Shown in pieces: positions 27,190-41,055 of a DNA stretch of 64,000 bases (position 1 is its first letter; each line of letters starts with the position of its first letter). This DNA is from Octopus sinensis (taxonomy: Eukaryota): positions 117,056,001 through 117,120,000 of the forward strand of contig NC_042998.1 in assembly GCF_006345805.1 (NCBI RefSeq), given 5' to 3'. The notes under the pieces are model-generated. The model searched no databases and had not been told where the DNA came from. It worked only from the letters and a program-made list of their open reading frames with translations. Made by a program: the position numbers and the translations under genes.

Positions 27190-28760
27190 ATTTTCTCTGC
27201 AAATTTGCATTATAGATTGTTAGTAATTCTTTTGAAATTGCTCGAATTGTTTGATGTGTCATTGAATAGGCATTATGTTTCAAAGTCTTATAAAAATGCA
27301 GATAGCAGAAAAGCATTGTAATCTTTCAGTCTACTGAAGAAGCGAATATGCTTGATTTGCAATAACATGCTGCAGTTTTCCAAAAGCCATTCTGACTTTT
27401 TGGTTTCTCAATGTGACTAAAAATTTCTGTAGCGTTATATTACCGGAGTTAGTAATTCTCAAATACTTGAAACATAAGCTGTCCCATTACTATGTGATAT
27501 CAATGGCAATGTAAGGATGTAACAGAATGCTGTAAGGCCCCGACTGCAGGTGAGCCCATGTTTATGTATCAAATCATTCGTTTCGAGCTCTTTATTTGAA
27601 TTTGATTTTCAAACCATGCAATAAGTACGCAGTGTGGAGGCACATGGCCTAGTGGTTAGAGCAGCGGACTCGCTGTTGAAGGATCGGGGGTTCGAATCTC
27701 AGACTGGGCGATGTGTGTGTTTATGAGCGAAACACCTAAGCTCCACGCGGCTCCAGCAGAAGGTAATGGCAAAACTTCTCCTGACTCTTTCGCTACAACT
27801 TTCTCTCACTCTTTCCTCCTGCATCTTGCAGCTCACCTGCGACGGACCGGCGTCCCGTACAGATGGGGAACCTATACGCCAATAAACCGGGAAACCGGCC
27901 CTTATGAGCCAAGCATGGCTCGAGAAGGAACAAACAACAACAACAATAAGTACGCAGTCGTCGAAAAATATTGCTCCTCTGATAAGCACTATGAGGATTT
28001 TAATGTTCACTGCAAAGGGACGAATATCAATATGCGACACAACCAGATGGTTTTCGATATAGGTACAGTTAGATTGGTCATTACCAACACAGAGTATTTC
28101 TAAAAGAAAGATTTAAAGCAGTTATAGCAAGCATGAAATTCAGTATTATACAGCTGGAAATTTTATAGGAACTGGATAAGCTAGTTAAGATCGTAACTGC
28201 TGTATTACAAGTATAGTAAAGTTTGGTGTTGGTGTTGAGCCTGGATAAAGACGATTCACAAAATGCTATGTTTGCCACGTTGAAAGCATCTGTAAACCCG
28301 ACGAACATGTAATGTAGGGTCATGTTCTGCTCAAAGTACTTCACAGTAAAGAGAATGTTCAAGAAGGGGTGGACATGATCGAAGTTGTTCATCTCACAAA
28401 ATTCAGTAAAGAGAATGTTGAGACTGAAAGACGGTTTGAAATACAGAAAAGAATAATGAATTTAGCTCCGGTTAAGATGTGCCTGTTAAGAAAGACACAG
28501 GCTAGAATTTAGGCTTCCATGAAGATAACACAATATCCTTAGTCGCATTGATCGTCTTTCTTATTGCAGAAGGCGACAACGTTTGGCAAATTGCAGCAAC
28601 CATGCGCAGAAACATCCGCGATTTCACCAATTCAGAAAATAATATGCTCCGGTGTTTGATATGAAGTCATGTAGACATATTATCGACACTCTGACTCACA
28701 GATATGCGCTCTTAACACTGTAATTTTTATAACTTTAGCTACGATTGATTGAATTCTCAC
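27190..28760 (-). pseudogene. Highly degenerate RTE-type LINE reverse transcriptase
   Basis: Minus strand: YMFVGFTDAFNVAN (cf. FVDFTKAFDTV), IFFDDCVLIAW once the SINE insertion is removed (cf. FADDCAL), FKYLR...MAFGKL. Confidence 0.65.
27634..27943 (+). mobile_element. Full-length tRNA-derived SINE (family C, V-domain-like) with TSD
   Basis: A-box tggcctagtgg, B-box ggttcgaatc, cctgcgacggaccggcgtcccgt motif, (CAA)n tail, perfect 15-bp TSD caataagtacgcagt (27619-27633 / 27944-27958). Confidence 0.9.
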
Positions 28761-28824
28761 AGCGTCAGAATTCTGTAAGATGATCAACTTCGATCATGTT
28801 CATCTCTACTCACTCCGTCTTGTA

Positions 28825-28894
<70 letters not shown>

Positions 28895-28908
28895 CATAAA
28901 TAGCTATA

Positions 28909-28969
<61 letters not shown>

Positions 28970-29060
28970 CTCTATTTATCTATTTATCTACATAAATATC
29001 TATCTATTTATCTATCTATCTATCTGCATACATAGCTAGCTATCTGTCTCTCAATCTATC
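28825..29060. repeat. (TATC)n microsatellite
   Basis: Seen directly. Confidence 0.95.
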
Positions 29061-29313
29061 TGTCAGGCAGTAATTATGTATTCATATACATATATGTGTA
29101 CATAACACACACACACACACACATGCGCACACACATACAGATCGGTAGCGATTTATGTTCAGTTGTTCTTCTACTGTATATTTCTTGATTTCTTATACAT
29201 CAACTTTTTTCATATGCGCCTGTCTGTCTATGTGTATGTATGTGTATGAATGCATGTGTATGTATTTGTGTATGCCGGAGTATATGTATGCAAGTGTGTG
29301 TGTGTGTCTCTCA

Positions 29314-29390
<77 letters not shown>

Positions 29391-30099
29391 CACAGATATT
29401 AAAGTGCTAAATTAAGGAAAGATTAGACATATACTCACACACACGCATATAGGCACAAAGAAGTAGAGTAGTCAGTCGTCGAGAGAGAGATAGTAAGAGC
29501 GGAAAAAAGAGAGCGTAAGAAAGAGAGAGAGATGGGAGGCGAGCAACATGGGAATGAGATATACATTACAGATGTAGTAAGAGAGAAAGAGAGAGAAAGG
29601 GTGTGTGTGAGTATGTGTATGCGTATGTGGGGTAATTATAGATACAGAGTGGAAAAGCATAAAACAGAGACAGACAGACAGATAGAAGTAGATGGATAGA
29701 GGAATATAAGATTCGACGCACACATACATACAACTGTACAAAATAAGCATGGATTTAAGATGGTGGCTTTTAAAGACATTCAATGTTGACGTTTTGGAAG
29801 TTGAGTTATTTTCTCGTTGCAGATTAGAATTTTTCATAACTAATAATCAAAGATTTTCGCCTGGGCTGCAGATTTCGAAAATCAAATTCATATTTCTCAA
29901 GGGCGCACCGTTTCGGTGGCTTTCAGTGGCAAACACATATACAACTACTCACACACTTTCAGAATTCATAGTTTCACGTAGGGATGCAAAACATATGCAC
30001 CATAGGGAATGCCATTTTATGTAATTCATCACTTTAACGTTGTCCATCGTCTTCAGGGGAACATCGTATAGTGATTTTGACACCTTAGTACGCAGTGAA

Positions 30100-31305
30100 T
30101 CATGCTATGTACACTTTTAACTCGTAATTATTTTTTTTGCAATACATCAACCACGAAGCCTTGTTTTCGACCCTGCGTGGGTCTCGACCGCCATCAGTGC
30201 AAACGCTAATTCATGTTTGATTCTGCATCCCTCTCAATACAACATTTTGTTTTACCAGGTTAACGACATCTGTCGTTCTTCCTGCAATTCACAACAAAAG
30301 AAAAACTGACTTATGATTTTACTGATGTTGCTGATGTCTGTACTTTCATTGATTTCTAAGGCCCGCAAGTTTTTGAGTTCATCTTTTGCTTCAGTGAAAT
30401 ATTCGCTGAGCTGATCGTCAATGTCCCGCAAAACGTCTTGAATTTTACGAGAAATAGTTTGGGCAGATAAGGGAATGGTCTTAAAGTGTGTGATAGCTTC
30501 ATCACTAATTATTTTGCCAATGATGTTATCCAAGGCTGGTAAAATAATGTTTTCGGCATCAGAATGGGTTCTTTTGTTCTTTTCCAAAAGCTGGGAAATT
30601 TTGTAACTAGCGACCGGAACTTTCTCGGGAATTGAGTGAAATTTCTTCAGCCTCTTCGATTGAATTTTGAATTTAGCATCTAAAAGTATTCTTTTGTTTT
30701 TTTCCTTATGTTGCAGATGATTTGTTATTAAATGACGTTGAAATTTAGTGGGAACCATCGCTTCATTTGAGAGTGTTGTTAAACAAATTAAACAAAAAGG
30801 AACCGAGTTGTCTTTTTCTGATAATATAACACCGTATTGGATATACTTTTCGTTATAGATTCGCTTTGATGAAGTGGTCTTTTTATTCTGGTATTTGTCT
30901 TGTTTGCTGTGACTCTCTTATTTTTCTGAGATCTCAATAAAACTTTGTCCATGTTTAAATCTAAAACTAAAAATCGATTAAAATTAACATAAAATAATTT
31001 ATATAAATTTTAAATAAATCAAAAATTAAAAACTACTAGGACAACTAAACAATTTACTTATAGAGAACTCTAGTTTAAGTGCAGAAATGTAATATATTGT
31101 AGCAAAACTGATATTGGTCGTGGAACCTTATTGATTTATATTTATCGTATTTTACGATTAATACAATTAATTTATATTTACGCTTGAACTTTGCGAAGGT
31201 TCTTGGATTGTTTGTTTCCCGAAAATCCTGAAAAGTTTTTCGCGGCACTCCAGGAATCTTTCTCAAAACACCAATATGATGCGACACAGAATTTGGAAAA
31301 TACTG
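30100..31305 (-). mobile_element. hAT (Buster/SCAND3-ZBED8-like) transposon 5' relic
   Basis: Minus strand: PFCLICLTTLSNEAMVPTKFQRHLITNH (BED finger), ASYKISQLL, IPLSAQTISRKI, NESTDISN; terminus CAGTATTTTCCAAA at 31305. Confidence 0.85.
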
Positions 31306-32336
31306 ATTTATGTTATACGCACTTATATATGTGTAGGTGTGTTTTTGGGGGATGCATATACATATACAGGTATATGTATATGCATACGCATATATATGTT
31401 AAGTACATGAGCATACATACACATAGATACTTCCGTATTTATATAAAATACAAGTACAATGATTTGCAAATGCCTATTCCATAGTCTACAAAACATCCAT
31501 ATAATAACATGGATTTTGCCCAGGAATGGAATGAATGCGACAAAAATAGATTGAAGGAAAACGTACCGAAGGACATTTTTTCTACAACATTTGACATAAT
31601 ACTTATTTTGGGAGATAAATAGTAAAAAGGATGGGTGAGAGAGATATTGCGAATAGGATGGGAGATATGTATGATTGTATAGGTTTCGCTTTCAGTAAAT
31701 ATGTATATGTAGGGATTACTTCTGCACTTGAGTGTATTTATTTAGAATGTGTTGGTTGTTACATATGTGGATTTGTATTAATAGATATTCACATACTGAC
31801 TGCGGCTTTCTTGGTTTATAAACGTGAATGGTATACACGATAATATCGATCGAGATAAACATTTTTTAAGTCTCGTACTTTAGCCATGGGTCCTATTTTT
31901 GCCTCACCCCAAAGATAAGACACATTACGAAACGAGCACCGGTTTTCAAAATGAGGCACACATACACACATAAGCTCACGCATACAAACATCTACATATG
32001 CGTATATAACCGCAGATTTTATTCGAATTTCCTTTTCTGTGTAAATAATGAATTCCTTCGATAATATATATATATATATATATATAGTGGTTGTATACTG
32101 TCAACTTAACGTGACAGTCCTGTAAGAGAATTACACCACCGCTTTCTAGCCCTAGGAAACATCGACGCTTCCTGTCGGCCTTGACACATTTCCTGTGTCC
32201 TTGTATATTTACGAAGGGAAGACAAACACCCCCAACAGCTAGACCTGATATATATATAGATAGATAGATACATACATACATACATACATAGATACATAGA
32301 TACATACATACATACATACATACATACATACATACA

Positions 32337-32367
<31 letters not shown>

Positions 32368-32727
32368 GTATTCGGGGTGTGAGTGTTTTTTTTTTTGAAG
32401 CTACTATTTAAATGGATTTATGAGAAATTTACACTCACGTAATATTCTCATGATTCCATTTATACAGTAGCTACAACTCATATTCATAAACAACATGAAT
32501 TTTTGATCTATCAATGGGTTCACAAAAATTGATTTACAAGAGAAATCTCACCGTATAATCAGACATCATGAATTGCATTTTGAAAAGTGATGATGTAACT
32601 CTTCAGTGGTGTATCAGAGAAAAAATTGTGAGGATAAAGCATTAGATTTAACGACTGTCAAACTTGGTGCCTAAGAAAATGGGACATTTCATTCTGAGAC
32701 AAATAGATAATAGATAGATACAAACAT

Positions 32728-32797
<70 letters not shown>

Positions 32798-33615
32798 TAT
32801 GTGGATGTGTGCGTGCGGATTCGTGTGTACGTGTGTGTATGTATATGTATGTAACCTTACGTAAAAGTATATTTGCTTGCGCTATTGTGCTGGTATCTAT
32901 ATATAGTTTTTCTAATATTCATCAATATTTTGCAGTACGTATTTTTGCATATATGTACAAGTGTGTGTGTTGATTGCGTGCCTGCGTCTCTGTGCATGTT
33001 CGCGTAGGTATGCGCACCGATGAGTCTTTACTAATTTGCTATGCGCAAAGTGCGGAAAGTATATGTTGTAACAATTCCCTGTACGTTAATATGCGATACA
33101 TACGGTTGTATCGACATGTTTGCGTGTGCGTGCGGTGTGTTCATATATGGTTTTGTATGTGCGCGCACATCTATTGTGTTTATATGCGAATGTAAAAGTG
33201 TGAAAGCGTTTTGCAATATTGTTGAACGCCAATGCACATATGCATGTGTGTGTGCATTATCTGCAGCTTATATGATAGAGTTATTTGCGTCTGCATTGGC
33301 TTGCTCTGGTTAAACTACTTCAAACTGAATGCCAGTGTGTTTGGTCTTGCTATATAGCTCGAAACAAGCCCTGATGTTTCAGTCTTATGACCAAAGACAT
33401 TTTTTTTTCATTGCAAAATGTGTCAAGCCCCGTATTCGACTGTAATTTCTTACGTTTAAACCTAACTTATAAAAGGCTTACTTTCATTTGAATGTGTTTT
33501 TGCCATTCGTTTCTCAAGGAATCAGGACACCTTTCCCAAATATCCTTTTCTGAGAGAAATGCATATTTACCTATCTGAGCATGGCCTTAATTATTATTTC
33601 CTGTAAATATAATAA

Positions 33616-33846
33616 GGCGGATAGATGGCAGAAACGTTAGCACGTCGGGCGAAATGCTTAGCAGTATTTCGTCTGCCGTTACGTTGTGAGTTCAAATTCC
33701 GCCGAGGTCGACTTTGCCTTTCATCCTTTCGGGATCGATAAATTAAGTACCAGTAACGCACTGGGGTCGATGTAATCGATTTAATCCCTTTGTCTGTCTT
33801 TGTTTGTCCCCTCTATGTTTAGCCCCTTGTGGGTAATAAAGAAATA
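33616..33846 (+). mobile_element. Full-length family A SINE with 17-bp TSD
   Basis: tRNA-like head; central gactttgcctttcatcctttcgggatcgataaattaagtacc (resembles the Meta-SINE domain); TSD tatttcctgtaaatata at 33595-33611 / 33847-33863. Confidence 0.92.
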
Positions 33847-35196
33847 TATTTCCTGTAAATATACACTTTTGATATGCGTTTTAGAATTCTTCATTTCCAA
33901 ATAAATATGAGGGCAATTAAGATTGTGATATGTGAATATTAGTACCACGCAAAGCTATCTACGCATTCTTACATTGCATAAAACTCACAAACAGACATAA
34001 TGCAAGAGAGATATTTAAATGTTCCTCATTTGACTGACTAACAAGTATCACTGGTTGCCTTTCACGGGATTCACTCGGTTACATGTTCTCAGTAATGGCA
34101 ATTTCCTCTGGGTAAAAAGAAAAAACAAAATCAGTATATTAATTTTATAAATATATGAAAAAGTATGTAAGTACAAATACACACGCATTTACACACACAC
34201 AAACTCACAGAAACGAGCGTTTACATACACATAAATACATATAAAATTAAAGTTGATTGGGAGAAATTTTAATTGATGATACGTAGTTACTCAGCCCCAT
34301 CTTCCTTCAAATACACACCCATAACTTAAGAATTGCAAGTGTGGCATTGCGCAATGCAACCCTGGATAGCCTCTAGACATATGAAATAGTGACTGATAGA
34401 AAGCATTTCCTATAAAACATTTTGCCCAAAATCAACCTGGCAAAAAGACAAAAGCATTCTAGTTCTGAAATGAATTAGCGACTGCTATTTCAGTACTCAT
34501 CAAACCCAACAATTTCCGTTAACATAGCTTAGAGCAAAATACACTTATATACTTATATAGATTTCTTAAAATTTCGAAAATAGTTAAAACCTGATCGAAT
34601 TGGTAGCCAAATGATACCAGCTGGTAAAAAACGCTCAAGTTGAACAAACATATTTCAAATCGCATTGAAAACACGCTAAATCATCTTCCATCTTCGAAAT
34701 ACCCGCATGGTTTAACCCTTATATTATTCCTAACACACTTATAAATGTATCTTCCCTTCTGAATAAGTCATCGCCTGTCAACCTCTCCAACAAATTCTTC
34801 TGCTATTCATTATTCTTTTTTCCAGTACGAATGAAACTTAGGCAAAGGTTTTAACCTGAAACTATATACAAAGAAATATTTTAAGACTGTAAAATTAACA
34901 CTTTGCAAAACATCAATTGCCGTCGAATATCCATCGATCGAAAAAACAACGGGTATTTTTTTTAAAATTAAACATGAAAGGTCATACACAACCGATAGAC
35001 GCGCCCCTTTTACTTCGTCAAAATAAGATACTTACATTGTGGTTGTATGATTGTTTGTTTTAAAAAAAGCAAATGGTGCCTTCTCTTTCAGTCTGTAGAT
35101 ATAGGTTAAAGTAGTGAGTAAAGACAAACTATTACTCAAGGCAAGACGAGGACATTTGGTTTCATTTTATTTAATCTGAAAATTTATCTATATAAC

Positions 35197-35660
35197 GACA
35201 GCTGTTTCTTGAATATCCCAGCTATTGCAGCATCGTATGGAGAGAGGTCTCTATAAGATGGCTATTCCGTCATGGGAGAAATGTAGATAGAGTATGTTCT
35301 TCATCAATTATATCATTGCGGTTCATTATGTTCAGGAGGGTAGGAGGGTTCAAATAAATACTGTTGTATCAGATGTTTTTTAGAAAAATCCATAACCAGA
35401 AGATTAAGTGATTCAGCAATCTGAGAAGAGGGAAACAATTGTTATGCAGTGCTCCATATTGAGGAGAAATGAAAGTGAATGTTAGCTGATCCAGCATTGT
35501 GCATGGAATAATGATACATTCTGGTAAAAGCAAAGATAAACAGGTATCTTCCAGGCTTAACTATATTTTGCTGATGATGGAATACCCATCTTATAGAATC
35601 TTCGCTCGATACGATGCTCCAATAGCTGGGATATCCCAGAAACAGCTGTCAGAGAATATC
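35197..35660. mobile_element. Inverted PLE pLTR pair containing a hammerhead motif
   Basis: 35197-35275 is the reverse complement of 35573-35650. Confidence 0.65.
35562..35658 (+). ncRNA. Type I hammerhead ribozyme candidate with long stem II
   Basis: CUGAUGA (35571-35577), uggaaua...uauccca, GAAA-C[AGCU]G-UC (35639-35650); stem I weak. Confidence 0.55.
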
Positions 35661-35969
35661 TTTACCAGTTTGTACTGTTTTTATCATTCGTTATGTTGAT
35701 CAAATATTTAGATTGGATCAAATGTCCTTGTTTTATACACACACGTTCTGAGTTCAAACAGCGTCAACATCGACTTTATATTTCATTGTTTTGACATAAT
35801 CGCCACCCCAAAATTGCTGGGTTTATGCGAAAATTTGGACTATATGACTGTGTGCGTTTGTGCGAGTGTGTGTGTATGTGCACATGACTGTGATTATGAG
35901 GGATTTTATGTTCCCAGATCATATACTTCTGAATATATTGTTAGTATCTTTCATACACCTGTGTATATG

Positions 35970-36046
<77 letters not shown>

Positions 36047-36057
36047 TATATTATATC

Positions 36058-37220
36058 GAGGGTTCTGAGTTCTCCTCAAACAGGGACAACGTTTTTACAG
36101 TGAAAAGCAACTTCACATGTGCTTCAGAGAACCTAATATACTCACTAACCTGCTCCGGGTGTCAAGAGCAGTACATAGGCCAAACAAAAAATGGTTGCGT
36201 AAACGAAGGCCCTGCACAGATCCCAGATAAAAATTCCCCAAAACAGAAAAATAGCTTTTAGCCAACACATAGATACTTGCGCCAACAAAAAAACACCAAA
36301 CTTCAGAATTTTCCCCCTCTACCAATTTAGGGACGATACAAACTCGAGACAACGAATAAGTAAAGAAAATCTCTTTATTACAAAATACAAGCCACTTCTT
36401 AACGGTCTACGACAAACAATTAATATACCTCAACTTTAGAATAAAAGAAAAAAATATATATACACACACAAATACTACACTCCATAGAATCCATTACTAA
36501 TCAGCCCCTCCTAGCTATATTTACAACCATTCATTTCTCCCTTCTCTGTTTTTTCTTCTTCTTCTTCTTCCACTTCTTCTTCATCATCATCGTTATCATC
36601 ATCATCGGCATCATCATCATCGCCACCATCATCAACACCATCTTCTCCTTCTCCTCCTTCTTCTTCTTCTTCTTCATCATCATCGTTATCATCATCATCG
36701 TCGTCATAATCATCACCACCATCACCATCATCGTCATTTCTCCTTCTCCTTCTCCTTCTTCTTCTTCTTCTCCTTCTTCTTCTTCTCCACCCCTACCCCT
36801 TAAGTTTGTCACTAATGTTTTTTAGTATAACACCTACGCTAATTCTATAAACAAGCCTGTCAATATAAATATTCTCCTGAATTGAACTGAGACTGCCAGC
36901 CGCCACTGACCTCAAAATACGACCATCAGGGCACTCCCAGATTCTCCCACCCCCCTTTCTCACCAGCCTTCCCTCTACTACCCTACCAAGAACTCACAAC
37001 TACCTCGAACACACAAGTGCAAACAAGGGAGTCAGAGAAAGGCAGAATGCCACTTAAATCTGAACACTACTATAGAAATATTCTTTTAAAAAAACTTTTC
37101 TTTAATTTTCTAAATTTAATTATTTAATCGTTACAGTTGAAAAGGTCTCAAAATGACCGAAACCGGTACTGAAATGTTCACTATAAAATTATTTTAGCAT
37201 TTTCTATTTTTTACTTGTTT
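36058..37220 (+). mobile_element. 5'-truncated Penelope-like element (GIY-YIG + 3' repeat)
   Basis: KSNFTCASENLIYSLTCSGCQEQYIGQT...FSQHIDTC...KENLFITKYKPLLN, paralogous to 20720-21060; internal (CTT)/(CAT) microsatellite at 36545-36790. Confidence 0.85.
37131..37174 (+). ncRNA. Minimal type I hammerhead ribozyme candidate, U3-A8 core variant
   Basis: CAG-UUGAAAA-GGUC[ucaaaau]GACC-GAAA-CCGG-UA-CUG. Confidence 0.7.
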
Positions 37221-37234
37221 TTTCATATATATAT

Positions 37235-37289
<55 letters not shown>

Positions 37290-37753
37290 GGTGTGTGTGT
37301 GTGTATGTGTATGTATATATATATGTATATGTATATGTGTGTGTATGGATATAGATATATGCACATGCTCCTAGAAATACACACACTCACACACATTCAC
37401 ACACACAAACTCACAGATACACGCGTGCACATACACACACACGCACACACATATATTTACGCAAAGGAACTTGAAGCCGTAACAATGTGACTTTAGAGAT
37501 CAAGAGATCAAATATATTATTTTTCTATATTTCGATCAAACAGATTGTAATCATGGAATTAAAGGCGGTGTTTGAGTAGGAGGGAAATTAAAAATTCAAA
37601 CCTGCTCAATTTCCAGTTTCGTGGCATGATTGTGATCTGTTTCAACACCTTATATAAAGAAAATATATATGATCTTTTGATCTTTAAATTTGCAAACATA
37701 CATAATACCTATCTACGTATATATATATATATATATATAACGTATATATATAT

Positions 37754-37788
<35 letters not shown>

Positions 37789-37802
37789 AAGAGAGAGAGA
37801 TA

Positions 37803-37954
37803 AAACTTACTTGGGAAAGGATGCGTGGGGTGCAGTAACGTGCATGTGGTATAATTATATGTATCTATGAGTATTTATATTATATATAAGTGTGTGTGTG
37901 TATAGATATAGCTTATGCATATATGTGCTATTATGTATCCATATATATATTATC

Positions 37955-37988
<34 letters not shown>

Positions 37989-37989
37989 A

Positions 37990-38041
<52 letters not shown>

Positions 38042-38227
38042 ATGTATATATATAATATGTATATATATATATATATATAATATATATATGGATACATAAT
38101 ACCACATATATGCATAAGCTAATCTATACACACACACACTTATATATAATATAAATACTCATAGATACATATAATTATACACACATGCACGTTACTGCAC
38201 CCCACGCATCCTTTCCCAAGTAAGTTT
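37803..38227. repeat. Fold-back inverted duplication (~145-bp arms) around (TA)n
   Basis: aaacttacttgggaaaggatgcgtggggtgcagtaacg... is mirrored by ...cgttactgcaccccacgcatcctttcccaagtaagttt. Confidence 0.92.
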
Positions 38228-38235
38228 ATATAATA

Positions 38236-38276
<41 letters not shown>

Positions 38277-38404
38277 TTCTTTTACAGCGAATGCACTTAG
38301 ACGCAATACGAAATCTTCCTTCTAAAATGTTTGTATTGCTCCTAATATTGTTTTGCTATTAATGGTATATCCTTCAAGAGAATCAAATCAAATCCAAACC
38401 AGGG

Positions 38405-38640
38405 AGTTCTAAGCTGATGATAGAAATGTCGAGTTTGACTAATCTTGAAACGTACGTTCTCAAATAACCTTTGCATTTGATTTTTTAATGTCTCTACCCC
38501 CATACTTTCGTGAGTGAATTGAGCAAACACTATATGAGAGAGGTTCTTTAAGTATTAGAAATAGCTTTAAAAAAGTTTTTTTAGCTGCTATTTCTAATGA
38601 TTCAGTATGCGGCAAAGTCATTTATTTTACTAAGCCCTTT
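38405..38640 (+). mobile_element. PLE pLTR fragment with degenerate hammerhead
   Basis: CTGATGA 38414-38420, GAAA-CGTACG-TT 38447-38458; downstream part matches 18527-18615 inverted. Confidence 0.5.
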
Positions 38641-38738
38641 TATATAATGTAATAAATTGAATTCGCTTAATTGGTCCCTTTGCATCTGAATACTTGGTGA
38701 AATTGATTAATTAATTAATTTTACCCTCAATTGTTGAA

Positions 38739-38795
<57 letters not shown>

Positions 38796-39599
38796 AATAC
38801 TCAGATACACGGACGGTAAGTCATATACTTATTATAAATATACATCCGTTTTCGTGTATGTGCGCGTATTCCTGTTCACAGATAAATAGATATTCGCAAT
38901 TATATATATATAGACAAATATATAGATCGATAATTCATATCCACATACGCAACTGTTTTTCTGAAAGTAAACCTAAAGTAGACATTGTGATTTACTGAAT
39001 GACATTGTGTTGTTGAATTTGTACATGTAGCTACAATATCTCTGAAGTACTAGAAATGTAGCTACAATAACCTCTTAAGTACTACTTAACAACCGGTATC
39101 ATAAGGCGTGCATTTGTACCTGTGATACACTAAGAAACAATTTAGTTTTGTACTCTTTTACCAACACTTTCAGTGCCACTAAATCCTCGTCTACTATCAA
39201 ACTTTTACTTCCCTTTGGAAGTTAACAGCTGGATGTCGTGAGTGGGGAAATCATATCTCTGTTCTACGTTTGTTGTGGACCCCTGACCAGTCCAATTTGC
39301 CTAATCGATCAGGTGGTCTTGCCGATTGCGTGAGATTTATTTCCACACTAGCAATATAATAAAAGCGTTTTACGTACCGAAAGCCGATATGAGATTTTAT
39401 CTCGAGGTAACTATCAGATTATTCTGTGTCCTATCACAACATACACTTTCAACTAGAAATAAATATTAACTTCTATTAACATTTAGTCCCACTGTTGACG
39501 CTGATACAATTTATATCGCACTTACACACGCGCACAAACACACACACAGACGCATACTCACATGTATGTAACATTAATCGTTTACCTAGTTTGTTATGA

Positions 39600-39790
39600 G
39601 ACTTCGACTCGGCTGGACCACCGCCTTTGAAAAATTTTATCCAAATATGAATGAACCCAGTAAATTATCTTAAAGCCGGAACTTGTTCAGTCTGTCTTGT
39701 TTTGCCGAGCCACTTATAGTCAGTTAAACGCGCATAGACCTATAGTCAAGCATTGTTGGAGGAAAAACACGGATACACGTACCAAGATGT
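39600..39790 (-). mobile_element. Degenerate family B SINE 3' part
   Basis: gctggaccaccgcctttgaa...cccagta...ttttgccga motifs. Confidence 0.5.
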
Positions 39791-39839
39791 GTGTGTGTTT
39801 ATGCCTGTGTGTATGTGTGTATGTATGCGTATGTAGGCA

Positions 39840-41054
39840 TCCGTCCAATGAACTCTCATAGCTCTCATAGCATGTCAAGAATTGAGGCTTAGAGTTCAAC
39901 ATATTCTTCTTTGCAGTCCACACACTTCTTTTACTGACGTTTCAGTGCTTGAATCCTATTGTTGATCAAGCTTTCACCTTATTGATCAAAATTCATCGAC
40001 AACAGATATGACGTCTTATCACAGAGACTCTGGTTCCCAGCCAAGCGGTCCTTTATGTAGAAAACAGTCGATAGTTAGATGGGATCAAACCAAGATAACA
40101 TAAAGGGTTATCAACCAGTTCAAAACCATAGTCACGCACAGCATTCATTGAACCATGGACATGTGTGCTGGTGCATTGTTCTAATGGAACAAGACCACTT
40201 TCATCATTTTGCCTTGGCGCTTGGTCTTGATAACTATTTAGAACTCTGTCAGAAATTTGGCAGTGTACTCTTCATGGATGGTGGGACCACTTCGAAGTCA
40301 ATAAACACACTACATATTGCATCTCCCAAAAGTGAGCTCATCACATTCTCTGGTGATGAAACGACCTTGCCTTTCTTTGAAGTAGTTGGAAAGGGGTGTT
40401 TACATTGCAAGAGTGATCTTTGTCTCTGGCACAATGTGATAAACCAATACTCTTCCCGGGTTAGGAAGCGTTCAAGGAAACCAGTTGGACCTGCCTCAAT
40501 GTCAGATTTTCCTATGATATGATCATCTGGGTGCGCTTTTGATCAGGTGCCAGATGTAGCAACCACCTTCGTCATATCAGTTTTATTGTGTATAATATTC
40601 TAAACTTTCTCACAGGATATGCTTATGACATTGCTTAGTTAGTTTATAGTCAATCGCCTCTCATTCATCACCATGTGTCGAACACGATAAATGTTTTCTC
40701 CGTCAGAATATCCAGGCCCTTCCTCATCTTTAAGACTCTCCCTTCCCCACCTAATTTCCGTTGCACTGTTGATAAATCTGGAGCGTCATCCCCAAATGTA
40801 GTAATTATATCAGCATGATTTTTTTACTTGATTATGTCAGTATGATTTTTTTATCATCCGGATATTGATTACAACACGTGCCAAAATTTGCTCATTTTCA
40901 AGGATAGTCATTAATTCTTACTTTTGAAGTCTTCTTAGGAGAGTCAGCTGCCAATTTACCTGGCAAGAAACAATGGAGTTGTTAATGGGAAGAGCTGAAA
41001 TTAAAATATAAAAACTTTACATCTCTGACCTCACTCCTTTTCGACCAACCCTCG
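39840..41054 (-). mobile_element. Degenerate mariner transposon
   Basis: Minus strand RWLLHLAPDQKR (cf. WVPHxL); C-terminus KKCVDCKEEYVEL*; terminus cgagggttggtcgaaaag; homologous to 47239-48469. Confidence 0.78.
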
Positions 41055-41055
41055 T

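Noticed and set aside
27634-27710. tRNA gene
   Set aside because: A and B boxes are present, but it is the head of a TSD-flanked SINE with no clean cloverleaf.
30252-30758. Domesticated ZBED8/SCAND3-like gene
   Set aside because: Truncated and frameshifted, with a transposon terminus at 31305; a relic rather than a gene.
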